In this document: positions 9,244-18,505 of the stretch, one piece after another | Numbering within the stretch: the stretch's first letter is position 1 | Layout: each line of letters opens with the position of its first letter | NCBI GenBank assembly: GCA_024640685.1 | Contig: JAHEEN010000002.1 | Coordinates: 11,395 to 75,394 of the forward strand | Length of the DNA: 64,000 bases | Source of the DNA: Rhodospirillaceae bacterium | Lineage (GTDB): Bacteria > Pseudomonadota > Gammaproteobacteria > Steroidobacterales > Rariloculaceae | Reading direction: 5' to 3' | Translations under genes and position numbers: made by a program | Notes under the pieces: model-generated | Told to the model about the DNA's origin: nothing | Seen by the model: the letters and a program-made list of their open reading frames with translations, nothing else | The model's database searches: none

Positions 9244-10931
9244 TCAGCGCGTTGTGTAGCGGACCTCGCCGATGCCGCGCGGATCGCTGGCCGCGTCGAC
9301 CGCACCGGTTTCCGTATCCCAAGTCACGACGTGCATGTCGCCGTAGCCACGTCCGACCTCGCGTGGCGAGTGTCCGAGCCGTTCTAGGCCGGCGAGCGTC
9401 GCGGCATCCAGCGCGCCGCGCTCATATTCGATGACGTCGGGCAAGTACTGATGGTGGAATCGAGGCACGGCCACCATCGCAGCGGCGTCGCCACCTTCGA
9501 TCCATGCCAGACTCGCGAGAAACACCATTGTGATGATGCGGCTTCCGCCCGGTGTGCCGAGCAACGCGATACCGCGCGCGCTCTTCAATATCGTCGGGGT
9601 CATGCTCGATAGCATTCGCTTGTGCGGCGCAATCGCGTTTGCCTCAGCGCCGATCAGCCCGTAGCCGTTCGGAACGCCGGGCTTGATCGAGAAATCATCC
9701 ATCTCGTTGTTCAGAATCACGCCCGTATCCGCCGGCATGAAGCCGCTTCCGAACGAGAAATTGATCGACTGGGTCGCGGCAACGGCATTGCCGCGCGAAT
9801 CGAGCACCGAGAAATGGCTCGTCTGATCGCCGGGTCCGGTCGGCGGGAGCGAGACGCCGGGCAACGCATCGCTCGGCGTCGCACGGTCGAGACGAATCGT
9901 CGCGCTCTGGCCGGACGCGTAGTACGGATGCGTCAGACGCGCGATCGGCACATCGACAAAGTCGGTGTCGCCGAGATAAACGGCGCGGTCGCGATACGCG
10001 CGTCGCATGACCTCGGTCAGCAGATGCACGCGACCGACTCGATCGAGACCTGCTACGTTGAAACCGTCGAGCATGTTCAGCATGTCGATCAATGCGACGC
10101 CGCCCGATGACGGCGGCGCTGCCGAGACGATCTCGGCGCCTCGATACTGGCCGGTCACGGCCGGCCGCTCGATGACTGCGTAGTCCGCAAGGTCCTCGGT
10201 CGACCAGATTCCACCGCCCGCGCGCACGCCGGCAACGAGTCGCTCCGCGACGCGACCGCCGTAGAACCCACTGCGGCCCTGATCGGCGAGTGCTTGCAGC
10301 GTTGCGGCCAAGTCTTGCTGGCGAAGCAACTGGCCTTCGACCGGAAGCGCACCACCCGGCATGAACGCCTTGCGCGCGGCAGCGTTCATGCCGCGGCTGC
10401 GAGACTCGATCCGCCGCAATAGACCCGCGTATGCCGGAAAGCCGTCACGAGCCTGGCGGATCGCCGGCGCCAAAGATCGCTCCAACGGTAGCTCGCCATA
10501 GCGCTCTGCGAGATGCGCGAGCGCTGCTGGCAGACCGGGGATACCGGCCGCGAGAGCGCCGTCACGGGATGCGCGCGGAATCGGCTCGCCGGCCGCATCG
10601 AGATACATGTCGCGATGCGCAGCGCCGGGTGCCTTCTCGCGCGCATCGACCATGACGGCCTGGCCGTCGCCTGCAGGCTGCAACAAGAACAACGCACCGC
10701 CGCCGATGCCCGACCCGAACGGCTCGACAACGCTCAGCGACGCGCTGACGGCAATCGCTGCATCGAACGCATTGCCGCCAGCTGCGAGCACCTCGATGCC
10801 CGCTTCACTGGCAAGTGGATGCGCGCTCGCAACGGCAGCGCGATCGGGCGCGTGCTGCGCCAGAGCGGTGACGGTAGTGAGAGCGGACGCGACAACGACG
10901 ATGCCGCGGAGACGATCACGCAATGCGCTCA

Positions 10932-10932
<1 letters not shown>
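9244..10932 (-). CDS. ggt: gamma-glutamyltransferase
   Basis: Signal peptide. Autoprocessing site GDQTSHFSV (Thr nucleophile). Motifs LNNEMDDF and GTPGGSRII. GTG start overlaps the coaD stop by 1 nt. Confidence 0.9.
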
Positions 10933-11453
<521 letters not shown>

Positions 11454-11476
11454 CTAGCCTTCGCGCACGCGGCCCG

Positions 11477-12112
11477 TCATGCGCGCTCGAAGCGCAGCAA
11501 GCCGTAGAGCACGTCCCCGGCGCGCGCCTCCTTGGCGACGCGAAGGCCGCGACTCTCGTCGGCCGAGGCGCTTAAGCCCTGCCCGGACCGCGGACGCTCG
11601 ACGTAGATCGTCGCAGTGTCGGTGAGCCAATCGAGCAGCACTTCCAGAACCGGAGCGAGCTCCATTGCGTATGGCGGATCGACGAACGCGATATCGAAGC
11701 GCCGCCCGCGCGGGCCGCGCAGCACCGTCAGCGCCGAGCCTTCGATGACACTCGCGTCGGACTCGAGCGCAGCAAGCTGCGCGCGCAGCGCGCGTGCGAG
11801 CCTGCGGTCCTGCTCGATGAACACGACGTCGCGGGCCCCGCGCGACAGCGCCTCGAGCCCAAGCACGCCGGTGCCGGCGAACAGGTCAACGCAGGTCGCG
11901 GCTTGGATGTCCGGCGCCAACCAATTAAACACGGTCTCGCGCACACGATCCGGAGTCGGCCGTACGGGCGTGTCCTCAACTATGTCGATGAGCCGTCCGC
12001 GCCATTGGCCGCCGATGATGCGCACGCGGTTGCGGCTTCGCGTTGTCGTTCGTCGAGCCGTAGCGTTCACCTCGAGTTGCCGTACGCTCGACCGCCATGC
12101 CGAGTCCGGCAC
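11477..12112 (-). CDS. rsmD: 16S rRNA (guanine966-N2)-methyltransferase
   Basis: RIIGGQWRGR near the N-terminus, SAM-binding DLFAGTGVLGLEALSRGA, and the catalytic FVDPPY motif. The true start may be GTG 12070 rather than ATG 12112. Confidence 0.85.
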   Translation of the reverse strand: MPDSAWRSSVRQLEVNATARRTTTRSRNRVRIIGGQWRGRLIDIVEDTPVRPTPDRVRETVFNWLAPDIQAATCVDLFAGTGVLGLEALSRGARDVVFIEQDRRLARALRAQLAALESDASVIEGSALTVLRGPRGRRFDIAFVDPPYAMELAPVLEVLLDWLTDTATIYVERPRSGQGLSASADESRGLRVAKEARAGDVLYGLLRFERA

Positions 12113-12161
12113 GCGGTCACGATGCGCCGGTGCGTTGCGTATTCGTCGTGAGCGGCCGTCA

Positions 12162-12189
12162 TTGAGAGGCCATGGGCTGCGAGTATAAT
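12162..12189 (+). promoter_or_regulatory. candidate sigma-70 promoter for ftsYEX
   Basis: TTGAGA (12162-12167), 16 nt, then a perfect TATAAT (12184-12189) in the rsmD/ftsY divergent gap. A 7-bp hairpin follows in the leader: TTCGTGC 12249-12255 / GCACGAA 12266-12272. Confidence 0.4.
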
Positions 12190-12336
12190 CCCGCCACGCA
12201 TGCGCGCCCCCGTCGATAGTCCGTTGTTCGATCCAAGAGCAGATTGCATTCGTGCGTGCAACGCGGCACGAACCGCGCGCGTCAGCCGCGATCGCCAGCC
12301 TCCGGGTCGCGCGATCGACCGTATCCCGGGTAGCCG

Positions 12337-13254
12337 TTGAATATGGCCGGGACGAGCTTGATCGGCCGGCTGCGCGCGTCGCTCGCCAAGGGTCGTGATT
12401 TGTTGACCGGCGATATTTTTCGCACCGGTGGTAGCTGGGATGCGGCCGCGCTCGATGAGCTCGAGTCCCGATTGTTGCTCGCCGATGTCGGAGTCGATGC
12501 GACCGAATGGCTCATCGAGCGCCTCAAACGCTCCCGCACCGACGAGCGCAGCGCCAGTGCTCAACTAGTAGACCTCGTCACAGAGCTCCTCGAGACCGTC
12601 GAGCAGCCGATCGACGTTCGCGCAGACGCCAAACCCTTTGTCGTGCTCGTTGTCGGTGTCAATGGCACCGGTAAGACGACGACGATCGGCAAGCTAGCTG
12701 CACGATGGAGCGCTGCTGGACACTCGTTATTACTCGCGGCAGGCGACACATATCGAGCTGCCGCGATCGAGCAACTCAGCGCGTGGGGCGATCGGACTGG
12801 GTCGATCGTTGCTGCGCAATCTAGCGGCGCTGATCCTGCGGCGGTCGTCTTCGATGCGCTCTCGACAGCTGCGCGCCGCGGCACCGACATTGTCATCGCC
12901 GACACGGCCGGGCGCCTGCACACGGCCGACAATCTGATGGACGAGCTCAAGAAAATCAAACGCGTTATCGGCCGCTTCGACGCTGCGGCGCCGCACGAGA
13001 CGCTGCTCGTCATCGATGCGAGCCAGGGCCAGAATGCCCTGGCACAAGCCGCCGAGTTCGATAGGGCGCTCGGCGTCACCGGACTCGTGATCACGAAGCT
13101 AGACGGCACGGCGAAAGGCGGCATACTGCTTGCGATTGCGCGGCAGCAGAGGATTCCGGTGCGCTTCGTCGCAGTCGGCGAGTCCGCAGACGACCTACTG
13201 TCGTTCGAGGCACGCGCGTTCGCCCAAGCCCTCGTCGGAGCGGAGCCGGCATGA
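12337..13254 (+). CDS. ftsY: signal recognition particle receptor FtsY (short form, NG domain only)
   Basis: GTPase motifs GVNGTGKTTTIGKLA, DTAGRLH and TKLDGTAKGG. An in-frame TAG lies two codons (6 nt) before TTG 12337, so no acidic A-domain is possible. ATG 12343 is an alternative start. Confidence 0.92.
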   Translation: MNMAGTSLIGRLRASLAKGRDLLTGDIFRTGGSWDAAALDELESRLLLADVGVDATEWLIERLKRSRTDERSASAQLVDLVTELLETVEQPIDVRADAKPFVVLVVGVNGTGKTTTIGKLAARWSAAGHSLLLAAGDTYRAAAIEQLSAWGDRTGSIVAAQSSGADPAAVVFDALSTAARRGTDIVIADTAGRLHTADNLMDELKKIKRVIGRFDAAAPHETLLVIDASQGQNALAQAAEFDRALGVTGLVITKLDGTAKGGILLAIARQQRIPVRFVAVGESADDLLSFEARAFAQALVGAEPA

Positions 13255-13916
13255 TCCAGTTCACGAGCGTCCACAAACGCTACCCGAACGGACGCGATGC
13301 GTTGAACGGCATCAGCTTCGAGATTGCGAAGGGCGAAATGGCGTTCCTGACCGGACCCTCCGGCGCCGGCAAGAGTACGTTGCTGAAGCTCGTCGCGCTG
13401 ATCGAGCGGCCGTCGCGCGGCACTGTGCTGATCAACAATCACAATACGTCACGGATAAGACGCCGTCAGATTCCGTATTTTCGGCGCCAGATCGGCATTG
13501 TCTTTCAGGATCACAAGCTGCTGCACGACCGCACGATTTTCGACAACGTCGCGCTACCCCTCGTGATCGCTGCGGCGCGGCGTCGCGATATCGAGCGCCG
13601 CGTGCGCGCAGCGCTCGATCAGGTCGGCCTGCTCGGCCGCGAGCACGGCCTACCGGTTACCCTGTCAGCCGGCGAGCAACAGCGAGTCGGTATCGCGCGA
13701 GCTGTCGCAAGTAGGCCGGATCTGGTCATCGCCGATGAGCCGACCGGCAATCTCGATCCGGACCTTTCGCTAGATATCATGCGACTGTTCGAGCGCTTCA
13801 ACGAGGTTGGCGTGACGATCTTGATCGCGACGCACGATCTCGAGCTCGTAGAGCGGCTCGGTCATCGACAGATCAAGCTCGAGGCTGGCCGGCTCGCATC
13901 GGAAGGTCTGTCGTGA
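13251..13916 (+). CDS. ftsE: cell division ATP-binding protein FtsE
   Basis: Walker A GPSGAGKST, ABC signature LSAGEQQRV, Walker B LVIADEPTGNLD. 4-nt overlap with ftsY. Confidence 0.93.
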   Translation: MIQFTSVHKRYPNGRDALNGISFEIAKGEMAFLTGPSGAGKSTLLKLVALIERPSRGTVLINNHNTSRIRRRQIPYFRRQIGIVFQDHKLLHDRTIFDNVALPLVIAAARRRDIERRVRAALDQVGLLGREHGLPVTLSAGEQQRVGIARAVASRPDLVIADEPTGNLDPDLSLDIMRLFERFNEVGVTILIATHDLELVERLGHRQIKLEAGRLASEGLS

Positions 13917-14833
13917 TTCATAGAGCGCGCCACTATCTGTCACTGCACGCGCAGAACCTGCTCGGCGCGTACGGCCGTCTCGCGCGCCAGCCCGTCGGCA
14001 GCACGATGACCGTCGTCGTGATCGCGATTGCGCTAGCGTTGCCGGCCGGTATGCGCGTACTCGTTAACAACATCGACGCGCTGAGCGGCTCGTGGGCCGG
14101 CGCGATCGACTTCTCGGCCTACTTGCGATTGGATGTGGACACGGAGCGCGCAACGGAGCTTGCGGACACTGTCGAGCGACGCGCCGACGTCGCACAGGTC
14201 ACGCACGTCTCGCGCGATGACGCGTTGGCAGAGTTCAAGAGCTACTCGGGATTCGGCGATGCGCTCGACGCACTCGACGACAATCCGTTACCACATGCGC
14301 TCGTCGTGCGTCCGGCAGGCGGCACGCGCGCCGAAATTCAAGCACTCGCGGACGCGCTCGAAGCACTACCGGAAGTCGATTTCGTTCAAATCGACACGGC
14401 CTGGGTCGAGCGCCTGCGCGCAATCGTGTTGCTCGTCGAGCGAATCGTCGACATCGCAACCGTGCTGTTGGCACTCGCGGTCGTGCTCGTCATCGGCAAT
14501 ACGATTCGTCTGGAAATCAACAATCGGCGAACCGAGATCGAGGTCGTCAAGCTGGTCGGCGGCAGTGACGCGTTCATCCGCAGGCCATTTCTCTATATGG
14601 GGCTCAGTTACGGACTGACCGGCGCGATTCTCGCGATGCTGACGATCGGCGTCAGCCTACTCCTGATCGCCGAGCCGGTACGGGCGCTGGCCGGGCTGTA
14701 CGGCTCGGCATATGAGCTGCGCGGACTGACGGCCCGCGAAGCAGGACTGCTGCTCGGCAGCGGTGCGATTTTGGGCTGGCTCGGCGCCGGCATAGCGACA
14801 GCGCGTCATTTGAGGGCGATAGAGCCGACTTAA
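13913..14833 (+). CDS. ftsX: cell division permease-like protein FtsX
   Basis: 4-nt overlap with ftsE. One N-terminal TM, a periplasmic domain and three C-terminal TM helices, which is the FtsX topology. Confidence 0.85.
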   Translation: MIHRARHYLSLHAQNLLGAYGRLARQPVGSTMTVVVIAIALALPAGMRVLVNNIDALSGSWAGAIDFSAYLRLDVDTERATELADTVERRADVAQVTHVSRDDALAEFKSYSGFGDALDALDDNPLPHALVVRPAGGTRAEIQALADALEALPEVDFVQIDTAWVERLRAIVLLVERIVDIATVLLALAVVLVIGNTIRLEINNRRTEIEVVKLVGGSDAFIRRPFLYMGLSYGLTGAILAMLTIGVSLLLIAEPVRALAGLYGSAYELRGLTAREAGLLLGSGAILGWLGAGIATARHLRAIEPT

Positions 14834-14871
14834 GTTATTAGTTTTTAAAATGTTTTAGTCGCGGGCTTGCG

Positions 14872-14899
14872 GGAACTACCGGCCGCCTTAGCACTCTAA
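14872..14899 (+). promoter_or_regulatory. candidate sigma-E (RpoE/AlgU)-type promoter of rpoH
   Basis: GGAACTA (14872-14878), a 16-nt spacer, then TCTAA (14895-14899). This is the same architecture as the E. coli RpoE consensus GGAACTT-N16-TCTAA/TCAAA, 50 nt upstream of the rpoH start. Confidence 0.55.
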
Positions 14900-14914
14900 G
14901 ACAACGAGTGCTAA
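14888..14914. promoter_or_regulatory. perfect 9-bp inverted repeat overlapping the rpoH promoter core
   Basis: TTAGCACTC (14888-14896), 9-nt spacer, GAGTGCTAA (14906-14914). Confidence 0.6.
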
Positions 14915-14948
14915 ACTTGCCGCCACAGGTCAAAGGAGACTCATCAAC

Positions 14949-15818
14949 GTGACTGTCGGTGCCATTGTCGTTCGAGACCGTGAGCTGATGCTGCAGGGGC
15001 CAGTCGGCAGCCTGGACAACTACATCCAGGCCGTGTCAGCCGTGCCGATCCTCGCAGCCGAAGAGGAGTTCGCGCTCGCGACGCGTCTACGCAAGCATGA
15101 CGACATCGAGGCCGCGCAACACCTCGTCCTGTCGCATCTGCGCTTCGTCGTGCACATCGCTCGCAGCTATAGCGGCTATGGCCTGCAGCTCGCCGATCTG
15201 ATTCAAGAGGGTAACGTCGGCCTGATGAAGGCCGTCCGTCGATTCGATCCGGACGTCGGCGTGCGCCTCGTCTCATTTGCCGTTCACTGGATTCGCGCTG
15301 AGATTCACGAGTACGTGCTGCGCAACTGGCGGCTCGTCAAAGTCGCAACGACGAAAGCACAGCGCAAACTGTTCTTCAATTTGCGTAAGGCGAAGTCGCA
15401 TCTCGGCTGGCTGACGGCCGACGAAACCGAAGCCGTTGCCAAGGATCTTGGCGTGAAACCGCAAGAAGTGACCGAGATGGAGCGCAGGCTGTCCGGACAC
15501 GATATCTCGTTCGATCCCGATCCCGGCGACGACGAGACGTATGCGCCGGTCGCATATCTGCCGAGCAGCGACTCCGATCCAGCCGAGCTCGTCGAATCCG
15601 CCGATTGGGCCGGCCATGCGCACGATGAGCTCGAACTTGCGCTCGACGATCTCGACGATCGCAGCCGCAGCATCGTCGCACGACGCTGGCTGACCGAGGA
15701 TAAGTCGACGCTGCACGCGCTTGCGGCCGAGTATCAGGTGTCGGCCGAGCGGATTCGCCAGATCGAAGCCAATGCGATCGCGAAGCTGCGCAAGCACATG
15801 ACAGCGGACGCGTCATAG
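14949..15818 (+). CDS. rpoH: RNA polymerase sigma-32 (heat-shock sigma factor)
   Basis: RpoH box [12 protein letters not shown]. Region 2 [19 protein letters not shown]-terminus [21 protein letters not shown] resembles E. coli RpoH. GTG 14949 has AGGAG 10 nt upstream. ATG 14988 is an alternative start. Confidence 0.93.
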   Translation: MTVGAIVVRDRELMLQGPVGSLDNYIQAVSAVPILAAEEEFALATRLRKHDDIEAAQHLVLSHLRFVVHIARSYSGYGLQLADLIQEGNVGLMKAVRRFDPDVGVRLVSFAVHWIRAEIHEYVLRNWRLVKVATTKAQRKLFFNLRKAKSHLGWLTADETEAVAKDLGVKPQEVTEMERRLSGHDISFDPDPGDDETYAPVAYLPSSDSDPAELVESADWAGHAHDELELALDDLDDRSRSIVARRWLTEDKSTLHALAAEYQVSAERIRQIEANAIAKLRKHMTADAS

Positions 15819-15846
15819 CAGCCGCTGCATTCGGCGCCTAAACGAC

Positions 15847-15886
15847 AGGGCCCGCGACGACATGCGCCGTCGCGGGCCCTTTTTTT
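15847..15886 (+). terminator. rho-independent terminator of rpoH
   Basis: Perfect 13-bp stem AGGGCCCGCGACG / CGTCGCGGGCCCT with an 8-nt loop, followed by T7. Confidence 0.88.
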
Positions 15887-15898
15887 CGTCTTTGAGCG

Positions 15899-16582
15899 CT
15901 AGCTGGCGGTCAGCGGAACGAGCGTCAGCTCCACCCGCCGATTCATCTGCCGGCCCGCGTCCGTCGAGTTATCGGCTACCGGCCGCGACTCACCCATTCC
16001 AACCGGGATGATGCGATCGTCGAACACCTGCTGCGATACGAGGTACGACGTCACGCTGCTGGCGCGTCGCACCGAGAGCTGCTGGTTGAACGCGTCCGAA
16101 CCCGTGCTGTCGGTGTGGCCGGCGACCTCGATCACGGTCTGCTCGAACTCGTTGACGACGAGTGCGACGGAATCCAACACTGCAAAGAAGCCAGCATTGA
16201 GATCGGCGCTGCCGGTCGCAAATGTGATGTTCCCGGGCATATTGAGCGTAATGTTGTCACCGATCCGCGAAACGCTGACGCCGGTGCCCTCGAGCTGAGC
16301 GCGCAGCTGCATCTCCTGGCGATCCTGATAAGCGCCGACGGCACCGCCGGCGAGCGCGCCGAGGCCCGCACCTACCAGTGCATGCTTCTTGCGCTCCATC
16401 GAGCTGTCACCCGTGATCAGCCCGGCAACTGCGCCGCTGACGGCGCCAATGATCGCACCGCTCTGAGCGCGCGACGCTTGCTCTTCGCCGGTGTACGGAT
16501 CGAGAGTCGTACAGGCTGAGACCACAACGGAAGCTGCGATATACAGCACGCCGATGCGCCGGCGCATAACCTCTGTTGTCAT
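15899..16582 (-). CDS. OmpA-family peptidoglycan-binding lipoprotein (YiaD-like, glycine-zipper N-terminus)
   Basis: Lipobox VVVSAC. Glycine zipper GAIIGAVSGAVAGLITG / GAGLGALAGGAVGAY. OmpA_C motifs GHTDSTGS..FNQQLSVRRA and NRRVELTLVP. Start set at ATG 16582 (AGGAG 10 nt upstream); the track ORF extends to 16690. Confidence 0.85.
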   Translation of the reverse strand: MTTEVMRRRIGVLYIAASVVVSACTTLDPYTGEEQASRAQSGAIIGAVSGAVAGLITGDSSMERKKHALVGAGLGALAGGAVGAYQDRQEMQLRAQLEGTGVSVSRIGDNITLNMPGNITFATGSADLNAGFFAVLDSVALVVNEFEQTVIEVAGHTDSTGSDAFNQQLSVRRASSVTSYLVSQQVFDDRIIPVGMGESRPVADNSTDAGRQMNRRVELTLVPLTAS

Positions 16583-16699
16583 AATGGGCAATCTCCTGGC
16601 ATTGGGCTTGATACCTATGCGCGATGATGCCAATGATAGGCGGAAGGAAATGTGAACTAGGCCGGAAATCGGTCGGATCGTGACAGGCACTTACTCGCT

Positions 16700-17167
16700 G
16701 TGAAAACCACGGATCAATGGCTTGCTGAGTACGCGCGCAATCACTGCGATGAGACGAACAGGCTCGTCCACTGGATTTGCGTACCGATCATCGTCGTCAG
16801 CGTCGTCGGCCTGATGTGGTCGCTACCGGTGCCGGCCACATTCAGCGATGCTTCGCCAGCGTTGAACTGGGGCACGGTTTTCCTGCTCGCGGCCGTCGTT
16901 TATTACTTCATCGTGTCGATCAGCCTCGCAGTCGGCACGCTGCCGTTCGTGCTCGGCGTCGTTGCAGTCGTCGCATGGCTCGATCGTCTCAACGAGCCGC
17001 TGTGGCTGATATCGGTCGCGTTGTTCGTCGCTGGCTGGACGGGTCAATTTTTCGGTCATTGGCGCGAAGGCAGCCGTCCTGCGTTCTTTCGGGACCTGCA
17101 ATTTCTGATGATCGGCCCGTTGTGGCTCGTTGCAGGCGTGTTTCGCCGTTTCAACATACCCTACTGA
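16700..17167 (+). CDS. DUF962 / Mpo1-like membrane protein
   Basis: N-terminus W..EY...H....N...HWICVP followed by four TM helices and a C-terminal FRDLQFLMIGPLW. This matches my recollection of the DUF962 (YGL010w-like) family. Confidence 0.6.
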   Translation: MKTTDQWLAEYARNHCDETNRLVHWICVPIIVVSVVGLMWSLPVPATFSDASPALNWGTVFLLAAVVYYFIVSISLAVGTLPFVLGVVAVVAWLDRLNEPLWLISVALFVAGWTGQFFGHWREGSRPAFFRDLQFLMIGPLWLVAGVFRRFNIPY

Positions 17168-17202
17168 GCCGAGTACCAGGGCGACACTGAGCAGCTTTAA
17201 GC

Positions 17203-17772
17203 GTGACGACGAAGAAACGATCCTGGCAAACGTTGCGCTCGGAGCTCAAATACGAGAATCCGTGGATTCGCGTCGAGGAACACAGCGTCATCGATCCATC
17301 CGGCGATCCAGGAATCTACGGCACGGTCAATTTCAAGAATCGTGCGGTAGCCGTACTCGCACTCGATCCCGACGAGCATATTTTTCTAGTCGGCCAGCAC
17401 CGCTACACTTTGAACGAATACTCGTGGGAGTTGCCGATGGGCGGAGCCCCAGCCGAAGAGACGCCGCTAGCCGCGGCACGACGCGAGCTTCGCGAGGAGA
17501 CGGGAATCAGCGCCGTGCAATGGCGCGAGGTCATGCGCTTGCATACGTCGAACTGCGTAACCGACGAGCTCGGTATCGTCTATCTCGCAACGGAGCTCAC
17601 GTTCGGCGATGCCACCCCGGATCCGACCGAGGACCTCGACGTGCTGCGCCTGCCGTTGGCCGATGCGATCGATTGGGTCATGACCGGGCGTATTACGGAT
17701 GCGATCTCGGTCGCAGGCATACTGCGGCTCCATGCCGACCGCGAAAGCGCTGATCACAGTTTGCGCGATTGA
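17203..17772 (+). CDS. Nudix hydrolase (ADP-ribose pyrophosphatase-like)
   Basis: Nudix box GGAPAEETPLAAARRELREETGI (GX5EX7REUXEEXGU). Confidence 0.85.
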   Translation: MTTKKRSWQTLRSELKYENPWIRVEEHSVIDPSGDPGIYGTVNFKNRAVAVLALDPDEHIFLVGQHRYTLNEYSWELPMGGAPAEETPLAAARRELREETGISAVQWREVMRLHTSNCVTDELGIVYLATELTFGDATPDPTEDLDVLRLPLADAIDWVMTGRITDAISVAGILRLHADRESADHSLRD

Positions 17773-17787
17773 CACCGGAGCAGCTCG

Positions 17788-18495
17788 ATCAGCGATCGCA
17801 AGCACATCGCCGTCGTCGAGGACGACACCTCAATCCGCGACAACTACGTCGCGGCGCTGCGGCGTCTCGGCTACGCCGTCGAAGGTTTTCCAGATCGCCG
17901 AGCTGCGCTCGGTTCGTTTGCGAGCCGACTGCCCGATCTGGTCATAATCGACATCAACCTAGGCACCGAAGTCGAGGGCGGCTTCGAGCTCTGCCGCGAG
18001 TTGCGCGCACGCTCCGCGCAGTTGCCGATCATCTTCTTGACGGCGCGCGAAAGCGAGCTCGATGTCGTCTCCGGCTTGCGCCTAGGCGCCGACGACTACC
18101 TGACAAAGCGCGTCGGGCTCGAGCAGCTGCTCGCACGCGTCGCCGCGCTGCTGCGACGCGTCGATGCGATGAAGCAGGGCGCGGCAACGTCGCAAACGCT
18201 CGAGCGCGGCCGGTTGCTGATCGACGTCGATCGCATGGCCGTGTCCTGGAGCAATTCTCCGGTGTCGCTGACGGTCACCGAGTTCTGGGTCGTGCACGCG
18301 TTGGCGAGAAACCCAGGACACGTCCGCAGTCGCGAGCAGCTGATGGCCGCGGCCAACGTCGTGCTCGACGACAACACTGTCACGTCGCAGATCAAGCGGA
18401 TCCGGGCGAAGTTCATGGCTGTCGATCGCTCGTTCGACGCGATCGAGACCGTCTACGGCATGGGATATCGGTGGACCGATAGCGGTCCGAGTTGA
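17788..18495 (+). CDS. OmpR/PhoB-family DNA-binding response regulator (start codon non-canonical or unresolved)
   Basis: Frame 1 after the Nudix TGA encodes a complete receiver: KHIAVVEDD, phospho-acceptor in DLVIIDINL, and IIFLTARES. A winged-helix output follows (TVTEFWVVHAL..., VYGMGYRW). The first ATG/GTG/TTG in frame is TTG 18001, inside the receiver. ATC 17788 has GGAG 7 nt upstream. Confidence 0.75.
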   Translation: MSDRKHIAVVEDDTSIRDNYVAALRRLGYAVEGFPDRRAALGSFASRLPDLVIIDINLGTEVEGGFELCRELRARSAQLPIIFLTARESELDVVSGLRLGADDYLTKRVGLEQLLARVAALLRRVDAMKQGAATSQTLERGRLLIDVDRMAVSWSNSPVSLTVTEFWVVHALARNPGHVRSREQLMAAANVVLDDNTVTSQIKRIRAKFMAVDRSFDAIETVYGMGYRWTDSGPS

Positions 18496-18505
18496 GCGAC
18501 CCGCG

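Noticed and set aside
12258-12272. 15-nt exact repeat GCAACGCGGCACGAA shared with 35841..35855
   Set aside because: A single 15-mer match is within chance expectation for all-against-all comparison of 64 kb of biased composition. The two copies are in opposite orientation relative to their nearby genes, and the flanks do not extend the match.
17769-18482. Track ORF 17769..18482 (237 aa) as the gene following the Nudix hydrolase
   Set aside because: It is off-frame and Arg-rich. Frame 1 over the same span encodes a textbook receiver plus winged-helix regulator. The real puzzle is that regulator's start codon (see findings).
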